From Geosiphon pyriformis uo1 (Eukaryota; Fungi; Glomeromycota): DNA of 64,000 nucleotides. The stretch covers positions 310,001 to 374,000 of the forward strand of contig JAAOMT010000607.1 in the NCBI GenBank assembly GCA_016748015.1, given 5' to 3'. Below, one piece after another: positions 1 to 10,944 of the stretch. Within the stretch, counting starts at the first letter, position 1. Each line of letters begins with the position of its first letter. Below the pieces are notes generated by a model, which had not been told where the DNA came from, did no database searches, and saw only the letters and a list, made by a program, of their open reading frames with translations. The translations under genes and the position numbers were made by a program.

Positions 1-742
1 ATTCAATAGTGTTTTAGTAGCCTTCCAGAATTGCAATTCTATTGAATTTTTTTCTTAGCATAGTGGCCAATAATCTAGCAAAAATGTTCTTTTGGTAAGC
101 TATCCTTAAATTTTCAAGTCTATACCCTTCCTTTGAGGTCTTTTACCAGGCTATCCTTGATGTCAATAATTTAGTGCTTGATCCTCAATCAATTAGTAAA
201 CAACAATAAAATCAAAGAAAAGAAAAGAAAAGAAAATAAAATAAAATAAAATAAAATAAAATAAAATAAATAAAGAAAATAAGCCAATACAATTGTAGAT
301 TAGTATTTCATCAATAGTTGTAATTAAGAACTATTGTTTCAGTGTGGTTAAATATCAATTACTATTAACATGAAGTGTTAATAGTGGAGAGTATATTTGA
401 AATAGTGAATAATTATTTATTAATTTAGAAGGTTGCTTAAATTAAATCTAAACAAGAAGGTCTGTTTTTTCTATTTCTAATACTACCACTATATATACAT
501 AATTGAGATTCCTTAATTCCTTAATTTTTCACACCAGAAATCCTGGAATTCTTGGAATTCTGCAATTCTTTTAAGGGGAATTCTGGAATTCCGGAATCCT
601 GTAATTCCTCATATAAGAATTCTGAAATTCTTGGAATCCTGCAATTCCTCTTAGAGAAATTCTGGAATTCCACATTTTACTATGTCTATTTCTGATTGGC
701 TAATTTATATGCTAATATATTTTTTATATTCTATGAATAACA
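1..742 (-). repeat. 3' LTR of copy A (partial, about 120 bp lies outside the window)
   Basis: Position 1 aligns with 9242. Starts TGTTATTCATAG on minus at 742. Contains an (AAAGA/AAATA)n tract at 209-282 and a GGAATTC-rich array at ~535-672. Confidence 0.93.
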
Positions 743-757
743 TTATTCCCTCTTTTT
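743..757 (-). promoter_or_regulatory. Polypurine tract of copy A
   Basis: AAAAAGAGGGAATAA on minus directly abuts the TG of the 3' LTR. Equivalent tracts precede the 3' LTRs of B, D and E. Confidence 0.85.
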
Positions 758-1394
758 AATATTGAGCTCTGTCGAAATCTTTTAAATCTTCTAACTTTAA
801 TTTTCTATCTTTGAGTATTTCTTGAACTTCTTTTTTGAGAATTACTTGTGTTATTTTGTTTTGTAATTCTTCAAATTAGGCATTGGTTATTTTTCTCATT
901 TGGTTAATAGTAACAATGTTCATTCCTGTGTTGAGTAAAATTTCTGGTTAATCTTGAAATTCAGTGTGTAGCCAATAAATAGTTCTTGTTTGTGTGGTCA
1001 AATTTTTTTTCCCCACAAATTGTTCTAATTGTTGCAATATTGTTGTGTCAAATAATTGTTTTGTTTTATCTGTATATAAATTCTGAATGTTTAAGTATTG
1101 TCCCAAGTAAAAGTAACAAAAGTTTTTTGAAAATTGTTGTATTTATCAATTCCAGGTTTTTATAGTCAACTCTTAATATTGGGTGACTTTTGGTTGTACT
1201 TCTATTGCCAATTTCACTTTTGTAATTATTTTGTCAACAATGTTTTCTGTTTTTCTCCGTACTTTATCTTGTGAACTCTTTTTGTTATTTGTGTATCCAA
1301 TAGTTTGTTGATTGATTGTAATTTCTATCTTTTGTTGTTGAATTAATTGACAGAGTTGTTGTGCTAGTAAGTGAATCTTGTCAGTAATTTCCAT
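756..1394 (-). pseudogene. ORF3 of copy A: ~213-aa accessory protein of unknown function between IN and the PPT
   Basis: Starts MEITDKIHLLAQQL and ends DFDRAQY*. Homologous frames sit at the same position in B, D and E. Confidence 0.8.
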
Positions 1395-1449
1395 TTTTCT
1401 AATATTTTCTATCATGTCTATCATGTTTTTTATATTTTTAGTCACTTAA

Positions 1450-4400
1450 TTTGATGTGTTCATGTCAATGATAATGATTGGTTCTAGATTTCGTGGAATC
1501 TCATTTGGTTGGACTAGTATTCTCTGTACTCCCAATTGTAGAATATTACTGGTGGATGATGTTGTTATCTTGTAATATGGTTTAAGTTGATTACTATGTA
1601 CTGCTTTGGCCAAAATTTTGTTGTTCTATCTTAATTTATAAGCTTTATTTCCTAGAATTTCTTCTATGTGAAATGGTTTGTCCTATTTGAAGTCAAATTT
1701 TCTACTCTATTGTTTTTCCATTTTGGTATAATATAAGAGTACTTTGTCTCTAATCTTGAATTTAACTGGTTTATCTGGTAGTTGGTTATCATGTCATTTT
1801 TTTTGTTTTTTTTGTGACTTTTGAATATTATTAACTGCTCTTTGCCATTTGTTTTTTAGTGTTTCTATTAAGTTATATGTTCTTCTTAACAATGTTTCTT
1901 GAAAATTGTCTTCTGTTATTGGTTTAGCTAGATATGTGTTAACTTTTATTTCTACTGGTAGTGTTGCTATTCTACTATAAACTAATTCAAATGGTGTTGT
2001 TTGTATAGTGTCTTGCTTTATTGTCTGATAAGCAAATAATACTAATGGTATAAACAAATCTTATTTGTCTTGATTTTTTTGGCTGATCTTGGCAATTGTT
2101 TTACACAGTGTTCTATTGAATCTTTCAATTAAGCCACTTGTTTGTGGATAATATGGTAATAATAATGGTTTTTTTTTTCTAAATCTTTGACTCAGTTCTG
2201 CTAATGTTCTATTTACAAAGTGAGTTCCTTGGTCGAATAGTAATTCTTTTGGACATCTGTGTCAATAAATTAGATTTTGGTGAATGAATTTGGCAATGAA
2301 TTCTGCATCTGCTCTTTGAATGGCTTTTGCTTCTGGCCATTTGATAAGATAATTTATGACTACTGTAATATATCTGTTGTCTCTGCTGGTAATTGTTAAT
2401 AGACTGACTAAATCAATTCCAATATAATCAAATGATTGTCCCACTTGGATTGACCTTAATGGTTTACTTGGTCTTGTTTCTCTTCTTTTCTGACAAGCAT
2501 CACAATTTTAAACATATTGGATAATATATGGATGGCCAATAGTATCTTTTTCTAGTTCTTTCTATGGTTGCTTCTTTATGAAAATGTTCTGCTGTTGGAT
2601 CTGAGTGCATATTGAATAATATTGTCTCTTTTTCTGGTTCTGTAATTACTTTGGTTAGTTGATCTGAATTTCTTCTGTTCTTCTGATAAAGTATATTTTG
2701 GTGAGTAATAAAATATTTGGATTGTTGTTTGATGTTGTTTTGTTTTTTTTGAGATAATTTTTTCTTGAACAATTGGTTATTTATATAATGTTAAAGTTGT
2801 TGATATTTTTGTGTATTCATCTTTTTGTTATATTTTTGGGTTGAAATATTCTTAAATTTGTCTTATTCGCAATAAACTGTTAGTGTTTCTGTTTTCTTTT
2901 TCTTTTTTATAATGTACTGTATATTTGAATAATAAAAGTTCTATTTTCTATTGAATGTGACAATTGTCTTCAAATTCTTGCTTCTGGATTGAAGTCAATC
3001 TTTTATGGTCTGTGTAGATATCAAATTTCTGGCTCAAGTATTTTTTCTATTTTATGACTGCTTAGTAAATAGCTAAGTGTTCTATAGTTTTTTTCCACTG
3101 GACTTAAACTTTGGTTGGCGTATGTTACTGGATGTTCTCTTCCATCTGGTTTTTTTTGTAATAATACTGCTTTCAATGCTTGACCTGATATATTAGTAGT
3201 GATGATAAATGACTTGCTGTGGTCTGAATAAATCAATACTGGAGCTTGGATGAGCTTTCTTCTTAGTGTATTAAAAGCTTCTTGCTGGGTTTCTGTCCAT
3301 TCATATTTCACATTTTTGGTTTGGAGTTGGTGTAATGGCTGAGCCAGTTTAAAAAAATTCTTGATAAAACAGCAATAGTATCCTGTGAATCCCAAGAATG
3401 TTCTTAATTCTGTGAGATTATTTGGTACTGGAAAGTTCTTGACAACTTCAATCTTGTTTGAATCCATTTTGATGCTGTCTTTGCTCATAACATGTCCCAA
3501 AAACTTGAGTTTTGTTTTGCCAAAGAAACACTTAATTGCATTCAGTTTCAATTTTGCATGTCTGAGTCTCTCGAACATTTGTTGTAGATGATGAAGATGG
3601 TCATTAAATGTCTTTGAAAATACATTAGTGTTATCTAAGTATACAACTACTGATTTTCATAGTAATCCTGTGTAAACAATTTCCATTAGCCATTGGAATG
3701 TGGCTGGTGTGTTCATTAATCTAAATGACATAACTTTAAATTCAAAATTTTCTTCTCTTGTAGTAAATGCCATTTTTTTTTGTCAGTTAAATTCATGGCT
3801 ACTTGCCAGTAATCACTCTTTAGGTCTAATGTTAAGAATCATTTGTTTCCTCCAAAAGTATCAAATAGTTCCTGAATTCATGAAGTTGGATAGCTGTCTC
3901 CACAAGTAACTTCATTGAGTTTCTTATAATCTATACAGAAGTGAATCTTCTCATTTTTTTTCTGAATTAGTACTACTGGTAATGACTATGAATTCATTAA
4001 TGGCTAAATTAACCTATTGTCTAACATCCAATTGATCTCTTGACAAATAATCTCATGGCTGGCTGGCTGGTAGTACTCTATATGCTCTTTGTTTGATTGG
4101 TATTGCATCTCCAGTTTTGATCTGATGCTAAATAATGTTGGTGTGGCCAAATTTATTTTTGCTAGCAAAGATGTCATTGAAATTTTTGAGTAACATCTTA
4201 AGTTGCATTCATTAAAGTGGGTCTAAGTTTTCTATGTTTATCTGTTCCAATTGTTCTGATTAGAGCAGATAATATTTACTTTGTCAGTAGATAGTTTGCA
4301 ATATGATGTCCACATATTTGCAAAGCTGTGAAAAATCTGGAATGGGGTTTGGTGGTTGGTCCTCAATTTCGGTGGTCAAATATCCAATGATAGTTTCTTT

Positions 4401-6790
4401 TGGTATCTTAACAATATTTCTCATGTGGTTATAGATGGAAATTTTAATGTGTTTTGGGCTTTTGGCTATTATGTAAAGATTGGTGAGCCTAATTTCTTCT
4501 GATTTGCAAATGATTGGTTTTGCTTCAAAAATCTGTGCCTGATTTTTTACTTTTCTTTTTAATGCTAACATATACTTGTTATATGGTGAGATGAAAATTA
4601 ATTAATGGATGGAGATAATTTTTCCCTTGTCAACAACTTCTTCCTCTGCCATATTAACTAGTATATCTATTCTATTCATGGATCCAAATCCACTTATTCC
4701 TCTTGTTGTGATCTCTAATTCTTCCCTATTTCTTACTGAAATTAATTGAGCTACTTTAACCAGAGGTAAGAATATTACCTGTGCTATTTTTTTGTTTGGC
4801 TCTATGATATAGGCCTTTTCTAAGTCATTTTGTAGCATTGCAATGATATTTTCTACATATTCTGCATTAATTATTCCTCCTTTGATGTTGATTTTTTTTT
4901 TCACTAAACTATTTCTAGATGCTAGTTGAACTATTGTTGTTGTTGAGATTTCCAGTGCTACTTTAAGATCAATGCAGATGTGTAAATGTGGTTCCAGTTT
5001 GATGACATCCTTTTTTGGATATCTCAGATTAAACTCTGCATCAGTATCATGTGCACATTCTGGCATGATACCTTTATCATTATTGCTAAACCATTTTAGT
5101 TCTTGCTCCTTAGTAAGATTAGAGAGTGCAATAAATGTTTTGGAGTTTGAATTGGAGTCCAAATTGTTGTTATTTTTATTGCCATTTTGAGCAGAGCTGG
5201 AACTGGTGTTTTTGTCATTATTGTTGTTAAAGTTTGAATTGGGATTGAAATTTGATTCTGATTTTGATGTGCAGCTGCTGATTGGTTTTTTTTCTTAAGA
5301 GATTGTGTAGATTATACATAGTGGTGAATTGTAGATAAGATTACAATTATTATAATATTTAAAATCACTGGAAATTAGACAATGTTAGCATAGTCTAATG
5401 TTCAATTCTTTTAGCTGTTGTTCTTGCTTTTTTTTAGTTGGTGCCAAGCATTGATAATGCTTGTGAAATTCTTTGGGATTGTCTTCAACATTGTCAAAAA
5501 TGTCAAACATTGAGACATATTCAGGTTCTGGAAGGGTTAATAGATTGTTTTTAATTTTTAGCAACTCATTGGTTGTAGCACCTTCTGCTTTTGTGCTCAC
5601 TATTCTCCAGATTTCATGTTTATTGTGGAGATATCTTTCCAAACATTACAACACTCTTTTTCACACATCATAAATTGGAGTACCTTTGTGTACCCAGTTG
5701 TTAATTAAAATTGTGTACTGGCATGTTTCATCACACGTTTTTTTTCTTTCTGGAATGTTATTCCACATTTCTTCATCAAACAAAATAGTCCCACATGTAA
5801 GACAAAATTCATTATTCCATTTTTTTTGTTTTTTGGTTGGCTAAACTTTTCTATCACACATGGGTGGCAATAAAATTTTGTTGTCATCAAGTATTTTTTA
5901 TCATCACCATAGCATGCGCCTATTAATGACAATTTTTTGTCACAATTAACACATATGAGCTTTGGTTAGTGGTAAGTAGATTGTTGTGGTATAGTATAGA
6001 TATAAGAGTTATAAGTGGTAATACTAGTGGGTATGATTTCTTCTTCCTTCTTTTTTCTTTTTCTCTTATTGTTATCTTTTTCTTACTTCCAAGCTAATAT
6101 TAGTTTGTCCTGATCATTGTCAGTTCCTCAGACTTGGTCAGAATTCTAGATAAGTTCTTTTTTTTGTTTTTTTTTTCCATTGTTGTCTCAAAAGAGTATT
6201 GGTGGTAGCTTATTGTGGTTCTTATTGGCCCATGAAACTTGGTAAGTTTTCCAGATAGATTTCTCTTCTTCTTTCTTAAATTTGATTAGTGAAGCAGTTG
6301 GTGTGGTACTAGGTTTGAAATAATCACACATCACTGGTACATATGTGTATTGTCCATTCTGACTGAGTTACAACTCCTAAGTAGTCCAGTCAAGCATTGC
6401 ATTCATTTTGAACAGCCAATCATTACCAACAAGTATTTGGTATTGGGTGGCTTCCATAACTAATACCTTGATAGGTACAATAATACTATTGACTTCAATG
6501 AGTAAGTTATCTATTTCACCAATTGGAGTCTTGATGGTCCTATCAGCTGTAATTATTCTTGTACTGACAGCTTGATTAATTTGGTGACCTAATTGGTCTA
6601 TGAATTGTCTTGTAATAATACTGCCAGCTGATCTATTATTGTGGATCAGTTTGATAAAGTGGCCATCAACTTTGGCATTTATGTATATTGCAGTGATAAG
6701 TTTGGTGTTAAGTATGGCTTCACTAAAAAGAAGTGTTGTGGATTCTTCAAGTTCGAAAAGAAAGATAGCTGCAAGAGATTTGTCTTCCAT
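1450..6790 (-). pseudogene. pol: pol of copy A (protease, Cys-rich insert, dUTPase, RT, RNase H, integrase), disrupted
   Basis: Fragments: protease 6377-6790 (..ILVGNDWL), RT ..AIKCFFGKTKLKFLGHV, RH ..FIITTNISGQALKAVL..EHPVTYA, IN HHCC (MHSDPTAEHF..RYYWP), FDYIGIDLV, TPFELVYSR. Confidence 0.93.
4670..5070 (-). pseudogene. dut: Trimeric-type dUTPase domain within pol of copy A
   Basis: Motifs 1-5 recognisable: HDTDAEFNL, LASRNSL, GGIINAEYVENI, KIAQVIF, TRGISGFGSM. Confidence 0.88.
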
Positions 6791-7336
6791 AATGGTTGCT
6801 GGTAGAATGTTACTGGTAAGTGGCTTTTGGTTGGTTTCTATGTTACTGGATGAGGCATCTTCTGGAGTAATCAGAAGACTTAAATAGTTCTGGGAACTTG
6901 GGTTTTGGGTATATCTGGTTCTTGAACTTCACTGGCATGATTTTGATGGCTGGTTTGATGAGCTAAGAATCAGTTGGTAAACAACTATTACCGATCTCCA
7001 GTTTTGAGTGATCCTAGATCAGGAATTTTCTGATGTCATCTGAGCTGAGTTTGGAGATGGTACTGAAATTTGTTGGAATTGATAGATTACTTAGGACTGC
7101 GGTTGATAGATAGGTTGTGGTGGTTGATAGATTATGAGTGTTGGGATTTAATAAGCTGGAAGTGAATAGATTTGTTGTGTCATTGGTGTTTGATACATTG
7201 GCTAAGTCACTGGAATGTAATGTGATTGATGTTAGTAATGTTCCTGTGATTAATTACTGACATAATTCTGAGTTTGGAGTTAGCAATCAGAGTTTCAATA
7301 CTGATTTCTCAATTATTAGTCACTTATTCTTTTATA

Positions 7337-9057
7337 ACATTCGAATTACAGATGTCTTTGTTTACCACAATAGTGGCAAGTATGCGTTTTCTGTTGTCAT
7401 GGTTGATTGATTAACAATAATAGATGTGGTTAATTTTGGATGCAATTAGAGTTTTCTTGATTATTGCATTATTGAGAAGGTTGATAAATTGTTTGATTGT
7501 TGTTAGCTAAGTATTCTCTAATTTCTAATTGATTAATTTACTGAATAGCTTCAATTTGGAATCCAAGTCAGATAATCTGTTCATTACTAGATTTACTGCT
7601 TAAGCATAGTTGATTTCTAATTCAGCTGCTTCAAAATCTCTCATGTTTGTAACTGTGGCTTAAAAATCTGCTAAATGCATTAAATGTATGTATTGGAGGA
7701 TACTACTGTGCAAGCCTCTAATAAATTGGTTCAAGATTTGTGGTGCTGTAAAATAGTCAGCTTGAATTGCCTGAATTTGGCACAGATTTTTGTGGAAACA
7801 TTCCAAGTAAGTAGTGACTGCTTTAGTTTCTCCTTGTTTAATAGTAGTAAAAGTATTTGCTAAGTGGTTAATACTATTATTATTACTGAAATATCTTAGA
7901 AATTCCAACTTAAATGCATCAAAAGTTTGGGATTTCTGGGCCAAACTTTAATACCACAAGTCAGTAGTATCCTGAAGAAAATAGGGAATGGTTTGGAGAG
8001 CTCTCGCATTATTCTATCCATTGGCCATAATGGCCTTTTCAATGTTATTAAATCATATTTGGGTATTATCTTCTTTACCAGTGAACTTTTCGAGTTTTGC
8101 TATTGAGATGTAGGCCATTGGATCCAAGTTTTGTTGTTGTTGTTAAGGTGGTAACTGGTTTTAAGATTGTGGTAGTGGCTGTTGTGATGCAGTAATTGGT
8201 GGTGGATTGATAATGATTACTGAAGGTAAGTGTTGTTGATTATTAATGTCGGAGTTTAGATCATTCTGATTTTGCTGATTAATATTATCAGAGTTTGGAT
8301 CATTCTAATTTTGCTGAGTTTGAACAATTAGATTTTGTGTTTCTGAATTTTCTGGGATTGGGTTTTGATAGTTGAATTCCTGATTCTCATTTTTTTCTTT
8401 CTCTGATTCCATTACTTTTCAAGAACTCGAAGTTCTGAAATCTGGTGAAGGTGACAGCAATCAAAATTCTAATGGCATGGGCAATTACAAATTAAATTCC
8501 TCAAAATATTCACCATAAGTTCCTAATAATTCTGCTTTCTTTTGTTTACTTTGAAATGGAAGTCATCTGAATGTTAATGTCATGTTTGATGTGGATGCAT
8601 TTGTTGATGTAATATTGATTGTGCTTCCAGATGTATAGTAATATGATGGATTGGTTGGAAATTCTACTCTTGTTTTCTTCCAAATAGGTGGTTGTATTCT
8701 TTGTAGTATTACTGCTGGTGTTTGTAGTTTTCTTTTGTCATTGTTTGCATAGGTAATTGGATATCTTTGTTGAGTGTAATGTTTGATTTTTTTATTGATT
8801 TTAGTAAGAATTGCTGTGAAATTATAATTAGCTGATAGGCTGATATTTTAGATTAATTTGTTGTAAAAATTTCTTCTTGCTGAGTTAGTTTCTATTGGTA
8901 CTTCTAACAAATATAAGATTCTTTTGTTGATGTAGAAATTGAAAGTTAATTCTGCTAATAGATGATTGTTGGTTAATCTCAAGTATTGACAGTAGTGTTG
9001 AAATAAAAATTTCGCAAATTCTAAATGGTTTGTCTCTATTCTTTCTAGTTCTGCCAT
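7337..9057 (-). pseudogene. gag: gag of copy A (long N-terminal region, capsid, CCHC knuckle)
   Basis: ATG at 9057, about 60 nt inside the LTR end. KLEKFTGKEDN capsid start at ~8100, IKQGETKAVTTY MHR-like segment, CHYCGKQRHL*FEC knuckle at 7337-7378. Confidence 0.85.
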
Positions 9058-9099
9058 CTTTGAATGGTTGTTGTTGGTGCTGGTTCTCTGTAGGATTAT

Positions 9100-9117
9100 G
9101 CCTTACAGGGAGCACCA
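9100..9117 (-). promoter_or_regulatory. Primer binding site of copy A
   Basis: TGGTGCTCCCTGTAAGGC starting 2 nt inside the LTR terminal CA. Similar sites in D and E. Confidence 0.85.
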
Positions 9118-9119
9118 AA

Positions 9120-9879
9120 TGTTATAAATGATTATTTGTGGTCTTAAATCAAATAACAAATCTGTAACTTGGTGCTTAATAGCTATTTATGGTAATGATG
9201 ATCTGAAGATTTTGGTTGAGTTTTTTGTATAATGAACAAAGATTCAATAGCATTTTAGTAGTTTCCTGGAATCACAATTCCATCAAATTTCTTTTTTAGT
9301 GTGGTGACCAGTAATCTGACAGAGATGTTCTTCTGGTAAGCTATCCTTAAATTCTCAAGTCTATACCCTTCTTTTGGGGTCTTTTACTAGGCTATTCTTG
9401 ATGTCAATAATTCAGTGCTTGATCCTCAATTAATTAGTAAACAACAATAAAATCAAAGAAAAGAAAAGAAATAAAATAAAATAAAATAAAAAAAATAAAA
9501 AAAATAAGCCAATACAATTGCAGATTAGTATCCCATTAATAGCCATAATTAAAAGCTATTGTTCTAGTGTGGTTAAGTATCAATTACTATCAACATAAAG
9601 TGTTGATAGTGGAGAGTGAATTTGAAATAGTGAATAATTATTTATTGATTTGGAAAGTTGCTTAGATTAAATCTAAACAGAAAGGTCTGTTTTTTCTATT
9701 TCTAACACTACCACTATATATATATAATTAAGATTCCTCAATTTCTCAATTTTTTACACTAGGAATTTTGGAATTCTGCAATTTCTCTGAGAAAAATTCT
9801 GGAATTTTACATTTTACTACATCTATTTCTGATTGGCTAATTTATATGTTAATATATTTCTTATATTCTATGAGTAACA
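9120..9879 (-). repeat. 5' LTR of copy A (760 bp)
   Basis: TGTTACTCA...TATAACA termini on minus; direct repeat of 1-742. Confidence 0.95.
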
Positions 9880-10944
9880 CTGTCATCTATGAGAGCTTAA
9901 GTAGTATCACAAAAACCATTAAATATGTATCTAGTATTATTACAAACTATATTACTAAGAAGGTTTTGGTTATTCAAAACAACAAGAAAAGTAGAACAAT
10001 AAATTATGCCTCACTTGTAAAAAGACACTATTCAATAAAGAAATGTGAAACAACATTCCTGGTTAAGGAGGAATATATAATGTATTATGTCAATATATAA
10101 TTCTTATTAGTGATTAAATAAGCCAAAAAACATCTTTTAATGCCACATAGAACCAAGTACTTTTATGCTTGGATGGTTATCAATATAATAAAAACCAAAT
10201 CTGGCAAATAATAAGTACCAAAATCAAAAATACTTTGCCCAGTAAAATATTAGCAATCAAGAACAACCCACTAGAACTGGTTAAGACTATTTTTATTCCC
10301 AATCCAGATGTATTTTTTGATATCCTAAGCAATCCAAAACAATTTCACAAATACTATTAAGACCTAGTACTCACTAAAAAAAAGCAAAAGCAGTGTTTAG
10401 AACAGTTAAATACAAGACTGTAAAAACATTACTTAGTTTTTAGTAACTTCAAATATTGTGATGATTATGACTTTATTTACAATTTACTATCACACATAAT
10501 CTATTCAATCTCCAAGGAAAAAAAACCAATTAGTGAGTGTATATTAGAATCAGAATCGAAATTCAATTACAATTCAAACTCTAACAATAATAACAACAAT
10601 GGTTCCAACTCCATTTACTATAACAACAATAATGACAATTCAAACTTCAATTATAATTCCAAACAATATATTATACTCCCAGATCTGTCAATAGAGCAAA
10701 AACTAAAATGGTTTAGTAATAATAAAAAAAGTATTATGCCAAAATGCATGCATAATACTAATATAAAGTTTAATCTTAGATATTTGAAAAAAATGGCCAT
10801 TAAATTGAAATTTTTTTTTTTATTTAATTTTATGAGTGAGGTCCAAATGTGACCTAGTGCTATACATTATATAAATAATCTAAACTAGGGACAAATTATG
10901 CACTTTCTATACATAACCAGCCACTTGAGCCAGTTAGGACAACA

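Larger units (their letters stand above)
1..9879 (-). mobile_element. Ty3/Gypsy LTR retrotransposon copy A (dUTPase- and ORF3-bearing family), decayed; 3' LTR cut by the window edge
   Basis: Paired LTRs (1-742 and 9120-9879), PBS next to the 5' LTR, PPT next to the 3' LTR, and gag/PR/dUTPase/RT/RH/IN remnants in gypsy order on the minus strand. Confidence 0.95.

Noticed and set aside
209-282. (AAAGA)n(AAATA)n microsatellite as an independent feature
   Set aside because: It is an internal, length-variable part of every main-family LTR
1450-1790. Chromodomain at the integrase C-terminus
   Set aside because: Only the GPF/SH3-like module and a short tail are present; no chromodomain motif in any copy
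6800-7330. Programmed gag-pol frameshift site
   Set aside because: The copies are too mutated and indel-ridden to establish the ancestral frame relationship
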